The position numbers and the translations under genes are program-made. A stretch of 64,000 nt of DNA from Paraspadella gotoi (lineage: Eukaryota; Animalia; Chaetognatha), in the NCBI GenBank assembly GCA_051294375.1, contig CM119267.1, positions 8,122,260 to 8,186,259 on the forward strand. Reading direction: 5' to 3'. The notes under the pieces were generated by a model that worked only from the letters and a program-made list of their open reading frames with translations, had not been told where the DNA came from and ran no database searches. Numbering within the stretch: position 1 is the first letter of the stretch; each line of letters opens with the position of its first letter. Shown one piece after another: positions 46,480-60,294 of the stretch.

Positions 46480-48743
46480 CTTCGCGTCTTTCCGCTTACT
46501 TTTCTTTTTACAGTTTCCCCCGTTCTTTTTTTCGCAGGCTTTACGTCTCTCTACACGACGTTTCCCCTTTTTTTCTCCAATTTTTTTTAACGTCGTACTG
46601 TTTTTAGTATTTTCAACTTTTTATTTCTTAGTTTATATATTTTTTTTTTCATTTTCAAATTTTCAACACTTTGGTAAAAGATTCACTACATTTTTATTAA
46701 GTTATCTTATTACCATTTTAAACGACGTTTTCCGTCGGATCGTAATTCTCGTTTTCAACCTCTGACCCGAATCCACTCATTCTCTTTCTCGCTCGCGCGC
46801 TGAATTAATGTGACATTAGTTCTTTTAACGCGTCGTCAACATTTCCTTTAACATTAAGAGAAGACTTCCACGCGAATCTTGGGAAAAAATAGACGTATCA
46901 ATTGAAAAAGTAAAAAAAAAAACAACAAATAAATAAATAAAAGCGAAAACTGCGCCGAAAATCGAGTTTTAAAATCGCGACAATCCACGATCCTCACTTT
47001 CTTAGGTTTTCATCCCTCGTTTTTGGTCGAATTAAATTTTTTAACATTTTTTGTTACAAAAATAGACGGAATCCAATAATTTTAGCCTTCTCTTTATAAA
47101 GTTCTTAAATACCACACTTAGTTTATAAATGATTCTACCTAAGAGTCAGAAGTTATCACGACTGGATTTTCTCATTCACTCCAACGATGATTTTTCAATT
47201 TGACTAAGAATCTGGAACAGGAACCACAAAAACTCTCTGAAGGAAAAGAAGATGCTTTTCACAGAATTTCACCGACTCGGGTCAGTTTTCGTTTGAAGAA
47301 ATGAACTCTTCTCTTACCTATTATCCTTTAAATGCATAATTTAATTTTCTTGTTTTGATGTTTTGCTGTTATTATCCTCCGTAAACGGAATACCGAATAG
47401 AAAAAAAAAACAACCCATTTCTTGTACTCAGATTTTTTTGGAGTTGGGATTTCGCCAAATTGTCGCGTCGTTTTTGCCAGAATCGTTGCGTTGCTAAAGG
47501 TTTTTTCCACTTTTGCCAAATCATTGCTTTGGTTTCTCACCCTATCTTCTGTCAAATCTTTTTCTTTGCCAAAATCATTAACATCTTTTCCTCAACCCTT
47601 TTAGGTCTTTGTGTTTCGGTGTGAATTTTCTCGGGATTTTTCTCGCCGAGTCTCCTTTTCTCTCTTTCCTTCCTCCCTTTCTTCTCATTCGCGAGGTTCC
47701 GGTGTTTCGGTAAGTCGGTCACTCGGTCGGTCTGTCCCTCGGTCTGTCAATAAGTATATCGATTCATTCTTCCGTTCCCTTCTCACTATTTCTTGCCCTT
47801 CCTTTTAGCTTCCTTTTTTTTTGCCACGGCACGCCGACCTTTATTAATCATAAGTAGTTAAAAGAAAGAGACTAGAATTTACGTTTATTAAATTATCAAT
47901 ATGAGAAAAAAGTGAAACAAAAAGAGAATTTATGTACGAATGTAAAACATTAGTCAAGTAATGGTAGTAATGAAAAAAGTCTGTTACTTTTTTTTTCTCC
48001 TATTCTTCTCTTCTTTTCCGACTTTTTTCTTCTTTTTAAAAAAAATCCTCCACCATTTTCTCTTTTTCTCTTTACCACAACGGCTTGACCCTTGGTTAGA
48101 TTCCACTGGTACTTTAGCCTTATCTACCCTCTCTCTCCATCTACAATTCAATTACTCTCTCTCTCTCTCTCTTCTTTCTTTCTTTCTCCCCCCCACTCTA
48201 CCATCCGTTACTTCCTCAACAATTCCCCTCTCTCTCTCTCTCTTTTCCCGGGTTCGCGACTCGGTGGGCGTGTCTCTTTTGGCGCTAACCACTTCCTTAA
48301 CTTCTTCTCTTTTAGGCTTTGAATCTCTCGCCTCTCGAGAGGAGAGGCGGTTTGTTCGGTCGGGGGGGGGGGGCTGGGTGTGGGGAGAATTGGGGGAGCG
48401 CTTTCAGAAGATAGTACGTATGACTGCGAGGGTAAAAAGTAGAAGTAAAAAAAAAAAAAGGAAAGGGTTTTTCACGTTTGAGCAAAGATTGGTAGAACAA
48501 CTGAGTCGGACGCAGGGTTGAGGGAAATTTAATGTCGCTAACCTTCCGTAGCTAATTCTTTTTGCCGAAGTCTCAAGGTATCAATCAAGATTATTCGGAG
48601 CGAAATTTTCGGTGCTGGTTGTGTTTGCGCAACACAATTATAATACAATTTATGTTCATATTCTCTCTCTCTCTCCTCTCTCCAGACGTCCTCTCTCTTC
48701 CCCTCGCTCTCTTCGTCTTCTTCTCCCTTCATCCGGCTCCTCT

Positions 48744-48793
<50 letters not shown>

Positions 48794-49087
48794 TTTCTCT
48801 ATCTCTCTCTCTCTCAAAGATGGTTTTTCTCACTTCTATCTCCATCCGCGTCGCGTTACTCTATCTCGCTCTCACATTTATCTTTATCAATCCAATCTTT
48901 TCGACTTAAATCGAACACTCGTCAGTCCACTTGACTCTCTCTCCTCTCTCTCTCTCTCTTCCTCTCTTCTCTCTCTCTCTCTCTCTTCTCTCTTCTCTCT
49001 GCTCTCTCTCTCTCTCTCTCTCTCATTCTCCTTTCTCATACCATTTTTTTCAAAAGTTGAAATTGAATTCTATTTTTTTTAACTGTA

Positions 49088-49339
49088 CTAGTTAGTCAGA
49101 TCTACATACCTGGTCTTTAATATTTGTGCCGCTACCGTCTCCAATATATTTGTCCTTTCTTCCTCGCTGTTTATTTCCGTATTCTTAAGTTCCAAACGAA
49201 AGAAAAAACATCTTGATGATTCTTCTTTGACAAAAGCTCCAGGCTTTGCTTTGATTAAAGTGTGAAACTCGTTCTTCATCTGCCACAGCGCGAGTTGGAA
49301 TATTTGTTTTCTTAGTAATGATAAATGATTATTCCACAT
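49088..49339 (-). CDS. Isolated ORF with protein-like composition, unknown product
   Basis: 83-aa ORF (…FQLALWQMKNEFHTLIKAKPGAFVKEESSRCFFFRLELKNTEINSEEERTNILETVAAQILKTRYVDLTN*) free of microsatellite-derived residues. No motif recognised. Confidence 0.2.
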   Translation of the reverse strand: MWNNHLSLLRKQIFQLALWQMKNEFHTLIKAKPGAFVKEESSRCFFFRLELKNTEINSEEERTNILETVAAQILKTRYVDLTN

Positions 49340-49565
49340 TCATCTATTGTTTCATTTTTTTTAAAAGAAGAGTTAATTCGATGTCTAATCTACTGTAAGT
49401 TTTCTTCTTTAATACAAAAAATACAGTATGTATTTGAAAAAAAAAATAACAGAATAATTCAAAAAATGAAATTGCCTGTCGCCTTTTTTAATCCCGTGAC
49501 GAGAGAGGGAAGCGTTTAAAATAAACCAATAGAAAAAGTGAGCGACCGAACAAGAGAAAAAAGTA

Positions 49566-49612
<47 letters not shown>

Positions 49613-49855
49613 GGACCTCCTTCCCTCGCGCTCGGTCGCCTGGGCAATAAAGAAAATAGAAATGGAGCAAGGCTTTCAAACGGTTCTCTTTCTTTCCCAA
49701 TTTTTTCAATTTGTTGCCATCGTCGTCTTTGTTGTCGTCGGCCTTTTCGTCCTCCTGGTCGTCGTTACCCTCGTCGTCTTGTTTTGGAGAACTGAACGGA
49801 ACGCACGTGAAATTCCTCTAATCCCTCCAAGGCTGGATGTTAGTTAATGACGTAC

Positions 49856-49911
<56 letters not shown>

Positions 49912-50054
49912 TGTTCCGCTATCCAACGTCAATTGCATAGAGAATGACTTGAAAAATGACGTCACCTGCCATTGACTGCCATTGTGCATCTGATGCGATG
50001 CAAACGCCATCTAGACTCGTATCAAAACATGGCCTCTCGCCCCTTGGCCTCCAG

Positions 50055-50089
<35 letters not shown>

Positions 50090-51208
50090 AACCCTTTTTC
50101 TCGTTCTGATCTGGAAAGCTTTGCCTCAGCCTTAGGTTTAACTCCTCTAAGGCGGTCATCGGTTATTGGTGATGAGGAAACGGGAATATTTGAGGTAACG
50201 TTTTTTCCGCAATTTTTTTTCTCGTTCTGTCAATTTGAAAGTAAACGACCTCAATGCCAGTTTTTTTTTCAGATTGCTAGTAGAAGTTAACTTTTTTTTT
50301 TTATCAAATATAAACAATTCAATAATTTAAGGTATCATGCCTTTTGCTTCTGGACAGGCTCCAGCTACGTAAAAGTCTTTCATCTCGGTTACAACATAAT
50401 AACATAACACGACCAGCAAAGTATGTCATCGTCCAAAACTACCCGCCCCCTGGAGTGGACCATCTGTCATTTAGGAATCTCTCATTTTAAAATTACCCGG
50501 CTTCATTCAATTAAAATAAAACGGCAGCTTTTTAAACTTTTTAAAAGAACGACTCCATGTTTGTTAAACTCGACGTTATCTTTCTAGCCCAACAGTAACG
50601 AAGTAAAACGAATAATTATCAGTTTATATTCTTTATTTGTAAATTATTAAACGCGAAAAATACTTCTTAAAACTCGTAGAAATTGAGTTTTCCCGGACAA
50701 GCGTTATTTCTACAACCGCAACTGATTTGAACCGTGAGTTTCGCAGAGAAGTCAAAGTAACAAAGATACTGACCGGGATAATAATCAAATTAAAAGGAAG
50801 GGCGATGCATATCTTTGTACATTGCCTTTCGTTTTTCGTTCTCCTTCGGTTTCTCTTCCTTGCTCTACACTCTTTTTCTCAATATCGTTGCACATCTTCT
50901 CCGCTTTACGGTTAACCTCTTTCTCTTCCCTTTCTCTTTTCTCACTAATCTTTTCCCTCTTTTCTCATTTGTTCTCATTTTCCGCTTTCTCGTTTTCTCC
51001 GCCTCCACTTCTCCCCGTCATTTTTCCAGGTTTAGCTCTCCTCTCGTTATCCTTTTGTTTTCTCTCCTCATTTTTTCCCCATCGTCGTCGTCGTCGTCGT
51101 CGTCGTCGCCTCAATTATTGCTGTTTGTTTTTGTAGTAATTGATGACGTCGGTGGGAGGCAAGGATTTCTCGTCCCGTCGACCTACCCGGCTACCCACGA
51201 TACTTCTT

Positions 51209-51254
<46 letters not shown>

Positions 51255-51840
51255 TGTAAATATTAAGATTGGTGCCAACAATCAATAACTAAATTGAGTG
51301 AATATTCATTATTGAATCGTTCTCATTAAAATTACAATCACGGAATTTTCGACGGAGAAGATAAGGAAGAAAATTCTCATTCTCCCACCAAAAACTATAT
51401 TCCTGAAAACATTAAACATGATAGGCTGTTTAAAGAAAATTAAATAAAATACTAAATATCAAATAATAATATTTACGCCCGAAAAACGCCACTACGCCGC
51501 CGCCGCTGAAAAATGCGGCGAAAACAGTTTCGCTCAGCGCCGACGCCCCTGTTGTCCCTTTAGAAAAAAAAGGATGTCAGCCTGTGTTTTTATTCGCTGA
51601 GTTTATCAACGCTGACGTCTGAGACAGAAGAAGTGTGAAAGGGAAAAAATAGAAGTTAAAGAAAGAAAAACAGGGAAGAGTGGAAGGAAAAAGAAAGAGT
51701 GGTAAAATGGATTAAAGAAAGAGATAGGAGACAAAGTTACGCGTAAGTAAAACAGGGAAATGGCGCAAAAAGATTAAACTGTAGAAGAGAGTTCAGGAAA
51801 AATAGAATGAAAGACATTTGATAGAGAAATGAAAAGAGTT

Positions 51841-52002
51841 AAACCCTTATCTCTCACCAAATTCCTAACCTTGTCCCTAATACCTAACACTATTCTAATT
51901 CCTAACCTTAATCCCTAACCTTAATTATTAAACTTATCCTTAAACTTTAAACCTAATCCCTAACCAATAACCAGTAACCATACCCCTATCCCTAGCCCTT
52001 AA
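51841..52002 (+). repeat. Degenerate telomere-like (CCCTAA/CCTAA)n interstitial tract
   Basis: Repeated cctaac, ccctaa, cctaat and ccttaa units over ~160 bp. Confidence 0.65.
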
Positions 52003-52228
52003 AATAATATAAAAAGTTACTAAATTCTTAATTTAAGCTGAAATGGGGCACTTTTGGAAATTATGGCCGAAATATACATGGAATGTAATGAGAGAGATGC
52101 ACAAAGTTAGAGAAGGTGGGGGGTGAGAAATGGAATAGTGATAGAGTGGGAAGGCAAAGGAAGATTCTTGAACAGAATTAAAATAAAGGATTACGGATCG
52201 TTCTATCTTCGTCACAAAGAGAAAAGGG

Positions 52229-52303
<75 letters not shown>

Positions 52304-52700
52304 AGAGGAGGCGGGAAAAAATAAAAGAGTGGGAAGTGGAGAGAGAGAAATATGAAGATGCAGACTAAAATTAATACGAAAATATTCCTACAATACTAAT
52401 AATTTTTTAACATCCAGTAAATCTCCCTAAGTTTTAGATATTTAAACACAAAAACATCCGCCCTTTGTGCAGATTTCATCCTTTTGCCGATGCATTGCCG
52501 CATCTAAACCAAAAAAGAAACATCGTTTCAGTCTGTGTCCTTCTTATAACAAACGAGCAAATTTACGAACAAAACGAAGAAGACGAATGAACCAATTGCC
52601 ACTTTTAGGCGAAATTAGATTTTCTCTCTCTTCATCGCAAACGAATCTATTCATCGCGAAAATCTCAAAAAAAGGGGAAAAACAGAACGCTGACAGAGAG

Positions 52701-52740
<40 letters not shown>

Positions 52741-52959
52741 CTTGAAATAGTCTCTATTTTGTGTTTATCCTCACGTATTCGGACAAAACCATCATTCTGT
52801 ATTTTTACCTTTCCGTAAATTACCTCCTAAAGATCCTTTTCAAACTTCGCCTTTCACCCAATGCTCCAAATGCCCCAAATGCCCCAAATGCCCCACAGCT
52901 CCTCCGACCGAATTTCGCTCATCTCGATCGACCCATTCCCAATATTTTTCGGGATCACC

Positions 52960-53357
52960 CAGTCGGCCTCGAGGAAAGACTAGGTCGCCTTCCGGTTCAA
53001 CGCTTCCATTTATTGAAAACCTTGGGCTTCGCCGCCGCCGCTGTAGCCGCCGCGTACGACGCCGCGGCTACCGGCAGCTGCAGCCGCTCCCATACCGTCT
53101 CGACAATATCTTCTACCTTTTGCTGTCAATTTTCGACCCAATTCTCTTTTGCGGTCCAACATCTCCGTCACTATTTTCACCGCCGCCGCCTTCACCACTC
53201 TCACATCCTCCTCGCCCGCCGCTACCGCCGCCGCTACCGCCGCCACTACCGCCCCCCTCTTCCCGCGTCCACCCTCAATATTTCGCCTGACCTTCGCGAT
53301 CGTAAGAAGAGGCGTCCAACGCATAGAAACCAAAGGAGGAAAAGAGAGACGTTGCAT
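52960..53357 (-). other. GC-rich Ala-rich coding-like island
   Basis: ORF 53010-53357 plus a shifted frame KVEDIVETVWERLQLPVAAASYAAATAAAAKPKVFNKWKR*. Unassigned. Confidence 0.25.
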
Positions 53358-54544
53358 CTTTGGTTGTCGTTGATGGAAATCGCTAATTTCGACAGATGTC
53401 GACGATCCATTGGAATCGATCTTTTAAAAAAAAAAAGAATACATATATGAACGAATATTTTGTCATTACCAAGAACGAAGTTTTAACGTACATGCTTAAT
53501 AAGCATCGCTTATAGACACTGTCTTGAATGCCTAATTTGTTAATTTATAATTTTTCGGTCGTCATTCTGCCGTTGTTCTGCTGTATGGATGCATCTGTAT
53601 CATAATTTACAGATAAATAATACTTAATACATAATATTAATAATACATAATACATAAAACAAGAAATAAATGGCGGGATATATGACGGAAACCTCAGACT
53701 CTTAAATTGTTGCAAAAGCATAAACGGCTCAACAAAAAAATTAAATAACTTGAGGTCAGGGACGTGAGGCGGGGGATTCTCTTCACAATGTTTGAGGGGC
53801 CCAGATCCTTGGGTTTGGGCTAGGATAGACCCTTGGTTTAAAAAGAATTGGTTAAAACTTTTCAATTTAATTTGTTTTTATTCTTGAACTTCGGTTGAAA
53901 ATCGTTTTTCTTTCTTAGTTATGAGAACATTCTGTAACGTTTTCGGGGCACGTCATGGTACTGACCGAGTTGCCTTTCATTAAAATGTTGACGAGAAAAT
54001 TTAAAAAAAAAAGTGAAGAAAAGGAAATAAAAAAATAGATAAAATAATAAAAAACAACCCGGATTCGCTGGAATTTTTTAAAGAAAGGAAAAGAAAAAAA
54101 AGAAAGAGTGAATAGGCTAGCCCGCAAAAAAATCCGTTCCATTGTCGAAAAGAAGCCAAAAAGTGGCAATAAGATCCGCTTTTTTATGGGAAGAGTGAAG
54201 AAGGAAGGGTGAAGGAGATGAGAGGGTGAGAAGGGCAAGCGGAGGAAAGAGAAGATAAAGAAAGAGAGATAAGAGCGCGGAAAATGGCGCAAATGGGTAA
54301 CAAGGTGAGAACTGGGATTGGTCCTTGCTGTCGTTTACGCTTCTTCTGATTTTAACTAGAAATACGTAATATATACGTTTTTCAAAGTTAATACGTAGTA
54401 TCTCAAATAATCACTTCAATATACAATTTTCAAACGGTGGTATATTTCACTCTTACATGCCAAAAAAAAAAATGAAACGTAGTGGAACTACACCGGAAAG
54501 AGTCTCTAAGCATTTAGACTCCTCATCTATTCAATACAGTACAG

Positions 54545-54705
54545 ACACTGTGGCAACAAGTTCTTAAAGCTGCCTCACTGCTGTCCGTCCATCAAGCCTC
54601 GTCTTCAATTGGCTCTGAGGGTCACTGAGGGTCCGCTGCCCTACGCCAGTTGGTGAGATACCCCGCGTCCCGCGGTATCACAGGCATTCCTCCCGTTGCC
54701 ATTAA
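54545..54705 (+). mobile_element. Internally deleted relative of the same repeat, copy D
   Basis: Shares gtggc...gcctcac hairpin, attggctc(t)gaggg, tcactgagggtc, gtgaga..cccc and atcacaggca...tt(g)ccat with copy B. The middle ~110 bp is missing. Confidence 0.6.
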
Positions 54706-55664
54706 CCCTCCCTTTATGAAATACGAAATGTTCTTGCCAAATACTAAGAAGTATTTCTAAATGACTATGTCGTCGTCGTTAACGACTTCGTCGTCCTCAT
54801 CGTCGCTTTTGGGTCGCAGCCATTTCTGACGAATAAATGAGCGGTGGGCCAGAAGTGACCACCTGCGGTCAGCACCAGCTAACCATGGCGTGTGATTTGG
54901 AAGAGAAAAAGGAAAAAAGTGGCATACATGCGAAAAAGGGGGAATTTGAAAAAAGGGGAATGAATGCTGGAGGGTCGATGGATGGTGAGGAATGAGGAAA
55001 ACATGATTAGTCAATTGAATTAATTCTTTGACACAATTACATTTAATTTATTCATTCATTCGTTTGTGTCTGAGAATTGAAAGGGCCCGGCTCTCTATTG
55101 GGTTTAAAATTTCTCCGATGTATCTTTTCCTCTCTCTACTAATTACGCAGCAATAATTGTTTGGATCCCAAGATCTCAAGATTATCAGACTAATTGTAAT
55201 AAGATTTCTTTTCATTTCTACTATATCCCAATAACAGAATTTTAAAGTTTTACACATTTTTAAATAATTTTACCATTTGTCTCTCAGGTCGCGCTCTTCG
55301 TTTGTTACGTTTTGTATCGCGTCAACCTCTCATCGAGAATGAATTTTCATTACTGCGTTACCGCCAGTGAGCGTTCTGCTCGGGAGACGATTCCATTGTG
55401 TCGAGAAAAAAAACTGCGGTTCCGATCGCGAGCTCTTTATCGCAGTCACCCCGAATTTCCGTTTCCCATGTTTTTGATTTCAATGACGCCAACCTGCAGC
55501 TGAGTTCTTTTTATTTTTTTTCTTTTCACTCCAATTGGCCATCCAACCCAGTCGCCCTTTTTTTTTCACCAGCGTTTACACCCTACCCCCCCAAAAAAAA
55601 GGGTTTCGCATCTGGTGAATCGTTAAATCGGTGATCGAAGGGAGGAATGCGATTCACAAATCAC

Positions 55665-56580
55665 TGGGGCAACGACGACTGAGGCGAAGGAGATGACAAT
55701 TAAGGCCAAGGCGATGACGACTGAGGCAAAAGTGATGACAACTCAGGCGAATCATGACTGAGGCAAAGGCGATGACAACTGAAGTGAAGGCAATGATGAC
55801 TTAGGCGATGACGACTGGGGCGAAGGCGATGACGGCTAAGGCGAAGACGATGACGACTGAGGCTTAGGAGATGACAACTGAGGCGAAAGAGATGATGACT
55901 GAGGCAAAGGATATGACAACTGAAGAGAAGGCGATGACAACTGAGGAAATTACGATCAGGCAAGATGTTGGGATATGTAACGACGTGGCAACGGATGGCA
56001 ATGTAATCGTGGAGAATGCGGATGACAGGACGTGAGGAAATTAACGGATGATAGGATCTTCGGGTCATAAGGCGTATGATCCTGAGGTGAAGGCGAGTGA
56101 CGAGCTAGAGGAGGTATTGGGTCAAGTGAAAGGACTTGAGGTGAGAGTGGATATGATGACGAGTTACGAGTAGGCGATGGAACAGACTAAGCGAATGGTC
56201 AATTGAAGAGCAGTAGGGCTAAAGGCGATGGATGGTACTGATGGAGACGAGAGACATATTCCATTGATAAAGGCAATGATTGGCGCAAAGCTATGTAGTG
56301 CGGTAATAAACTAAGAGATGAGGCAATACAATCAGGCAAGGCTTTCCATGACTTAGCTAAAGTGATATCTATTCTGAAGGCAATTGACTGATGAAGATGA
56401 ATTATGGGACGATAATTCCGGCGGATGAGGTGACAGCGACTGCGACAGAGGCATAATACAATGACGACTGGCTAAGACGATGAATGATCAATGATGACAT
56501 ATTCGATCTGATCGCAATAACTTCGATATATCGGATGGATGGCTATTATGAACAGATAACAATATGACTAGAATAACATG
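55665..56580 (+). repeat. 21-bp minisatellite, consensus GAGGCRAAGGCGATGACRACT; degrades after ~55950
   Basis: At least 12 recognisable units in 55665-55947, then noisy units. Confidence 0.85.
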
Positions 56581-59500
56581 TAAGAATGTATTTCTCTAAA
56601 ATTCCAATGTTAATTGTTCGAGACGAAAAAATAAATTTAGTTGTAGTCAAAATCTCGGCGGTGAAGGATTGGAATTCTGTTGCCCGCGAAGTTCGTGGTT
56701 CAGATCCACAAATTGCAAGAGTGTCGCTGTGTTCGGACGAGGGTCTCTGTTGTCCGTCTGCGGTATCAATCGAAGGAAAATCATAAGCTCAATAAGAAAT
56801 GATAAATATACGCACGATGGTCGTCCAGAGCTCTAGCGTCGTTTCGTGCCAAGTATATGCGGGGCGTAATTACAAGGATAAGAGAGGCTCTTGCTGTAGG
56901 CACATTTGTTATCTCGAATAGCGTAGCGAAGTGGCGAAATATTATACGCGGAGAACGCTCGCAAGATGGAGTAGTACCGACGACGCGAATTGCTGCATGA
57001 AGGTGAGAGAGTAGAGAAGAGTAGAGAAGAGAGAGAGATGAGAAGAAGATGAGAGAGGAGGAGAGACGTGCACGACTGACCAACGTATTATCATACCTTC
57101 GCTTGCCACAACGGCACATTGGGGTCACCGTCCCTTTAGAGGGAAGAAAAGGTGGTGAGATATAGGAAAGAGAGTTGAGATGTAGAAGATTGATGATGTA
57201 GAGAGAGAGATGAGAGGAGAGAGTAAGAGAGAGATGAGTAGAGAGAGAGAGAAGAGAGAGAGATGAAAGTGTGAGAAAATTAAGCGCGCGGGGAAAGAGA
57301 AAGTATATATGTTTGGTAGGTCTAATTACAGTGACCTATTTATAAACTGCGGAGTAATTATATTAGCTTGTGAGGCGCCGGAAAAGGATATCTGACAGTC
57401 TGTTATATTTTATTTCAGCAGCTACCTTTGGCGCGCGAGTAAGGTCATTACTGAGACGATTTCCGCACCCATAAGGAATCGGGAAGTTCGGCGATCTGTG
57501 TTCTGATATTCACACAGGGTGTGGTGGATTTCGAGATGTAGATTGAGTAATTAAGCGGGACGGGGTCCCTCATCGCTGTTAGTGGACGTGACGGTGACAG
57601 GCCCGATCTGAAGTTCGGACTTTGTGTGCTTAATCGGTACTTTGAACTTGCTCGTGTGCATCGTCTCTCAGCATTTTTGTGATTGAGCCCACACGAAACT
57701 TACGGCTGGCACGTTGGAATACACCTCTGCTCCGGGCTATGTTGTCAACACAACCCATCATGCCCTCGACGCTAATGAATGCGTGAGGATAGATCGGGTA
57801 GCGAATTAGGCAGCCCTCCTTTTAGATGTGATTCGCGCACAAGCGCGTGCATCATGTGTATCTACAAAAATTGCATTTCATGGACCTCTGAATTTTGTAT
57901 TGTGCATCCGAAGAGTTTTAAACGTAGGGAATTTACGAACGACGATCTAAGTTTCTTCTCCCAAATTCGCGTTGGGTTTTCATTTTCCGCGTTTCACGTC
58001 GTCGTCGGTTTTGTGGATCTAAAGAACTCTCTTCATCGTCGCGTCGCGCTATAAAGCTCTATTAGTACAAACGCATATTCGTACAATAGCAATATTGTTA
58101 ATTATCGGAGTGTGATGTAGCTAATTACTTCCGGGATTGTTAAAAAAGCTTTCTTACGGCCAAATTTTCTTTGAGTTCTTTCAACTCCTATTGGTTAGAT
58201 TATGTGCCAATAGTATATGAATAACTGGGCAGGATCGCGAGATGATCATAAAAGATATCATTTCGTTACGGCCGTATCTGATGAGATTAATGCGGATTAA
58301 ATAATGAATGGATTGTCGATGACACAAGATGTTCATTGTGACATTTTGGAAAAAAGAAAAGAAGAAAAAGTTGGTTAATTTACCCTGAAGACAAGACCTC
58401 TTGCAAACTCACAGGTCTGTCGTAAGACGAATGTTTCACGTCCTCTCTCCATTATTTCTTCTCCTTTATTTTCCATTTTTCACATTTTCGCCTCCATCTT
58501 GTCGTTAGAGATTGTTTTCTCTCAGCTCCTTCACTCCTTTCCTTTTTCATATCCCATCTTTGCTTCCTTTTCTAATTTCCCCGCCCTTTCTTTTCCTTCT
58601 CTGCCTTTTACTTCTGTTTATTCTTTCTATGTTTTCTCCTTAAATTCCTTGTTGTTGCTTTTCTCTTCCTCATGGTTTCATTATTCCGCCTTTCTTTCCT
58701 TCATGTATATATGTTTTCCTCATCCCTTCTTGCATTTTGGCATTTCGGCTTCATTTCCTCTGATTTGATTCTTTCCTTCACCCTCTTTTTTCCCGACCAT
58801 CGTTCCTTTTTTTCCTGCTCTTTCGTCTTCTTTCTTTCTCCTTGATTGCCTTCGTTTCGTTATCCTCTTTCATAGTAGAAGTCTCTCTTCGCTTTTTCGT
58901 CTCTTCCGCTTCGTGCTAATCTTCCTATATCGTTTCAGGTTGTGTCTGCGTTTTGGTTTGAATTTGATGGAGTATAATTTATTTGAAAACAAGCGGTCAC
59001 AGTTCTCTTCTCATCTCTCTCCTCGTTCTCTCTCTCTTCGACTCTCTCTCTCCCTCTGTCAGGTCTCTCTTATTGCTCTCTTGGCATCGGTTTCGTATTC
59101 GGTTCTCGTCTCAGGTTCTTTTCGTCTCGGTTAGATCTTCTTTCTCGTTCGTTCTCTCTCGGTCTCTATTCTGTGTCATTTGTTGCCCGCCTCTTTCAAA
59201 TAACGGCTATACAGATTTCTGCAAATTGCGCTAGTTAAGTTATTGATGATGTTGAGTCTTAGCACCTGTCATCGCTTCCGTTCTTTCTTTCCTGTTCTTT
59301 GTCCTTTTTTGTTTCATTCTCCTATGTTTTTTTTTTCCTCCATTGGTCATCTAGGTTTTTTCCTCTGTTAAGATTTTTTCCCTCCGAGTGTATAGTTTTT
59401 CATTGTGTCGCGTCGTCCGATTGTATTATTTCCCCAGGGTGGGAAATGTTTTTTTCTTTATCATTTTTTTTGTTTATTGGGCTGTAGTTAATGGCTCGCT

Positions 59501-59936
59501 CTGTCTTTTTATTTCTTGTTTTGGCGACGTGAGCGTTTTCCCTCTTGTGAATTTTAATCATTTGTTTATTTAGAAACCGCAATTTTAATGCGAATTCTTC
59601 TTGATAGCGATAAAAGGCTATCACAATTATAGAGGAAAGAAAAGAAGAGATTATAGCACCATAGGAAGAACCCGCATCTAATCACAAAACAAAACACAGG
59701 TTAACAACATTGTTGAAAAAGGGTATACTAAAAAATCATAATTTAAAATCCCAGGCGTACAATGTCAATGTACGTTGAAATATAAAGTTGTTTGTTTTAA
59801 CGTAGACCTACGTGTTCTCCATTCATACTTTAAAATTATTTTCCTGTTTTTAAAAATGTGTCTTCCTGGTATTCAAGTTCCCAAGAATACTTTTAAATTT
59901 CCTGACAGAGATGAAGGCGGCTTTTAAAAACTTTTT

Positions 59937-59952
59937 CCAAAATGGCGGCCGA
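59937..59952 (+). promoter_or_regulatory. YY1-type motif
   Basis: ccaaaatggcggccg matches the YY1 consensus (A)AAATGGCGGC. Single motif only. Confidence 0.25.
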
Positions 59953-60294
59953 CGGTCGGCCGTGAGAACTAATAACAATAACCAAAAAAAAAAAAAGCGC
60001 CGAAGAAAAAAAAGTGAAACAAAAGACACGAACTGGAAAAGGAAAGAAAAAGCAAACTCGGTATTGTTCCTCATTTGGGTTTTCCGATCGGAGATCGGAT
60101 CATGGTGGCGACCGAAGACGCGGGGCGGCGATTCGTTCCGCCGCCGATTTGCACCCCGCCGTCTCTTCTCCGCGTTACCACTCTGCTTCTCCCATCTTTT
60201 CCCTCCGTCTGCCTCCCGCGCCTTCTTTCCTCGTCTTCTCTTTCAAGCGTCAACCCCAGTCGCACAAACTTGTTCATTGAGAAACTGACGAGCG

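Noticed and set aside
55665-56000. CRISPR-like array
   Set aside because: Head-to-tail 21-bp units without unique spacers, in a eukaryotic context with no cas genes.
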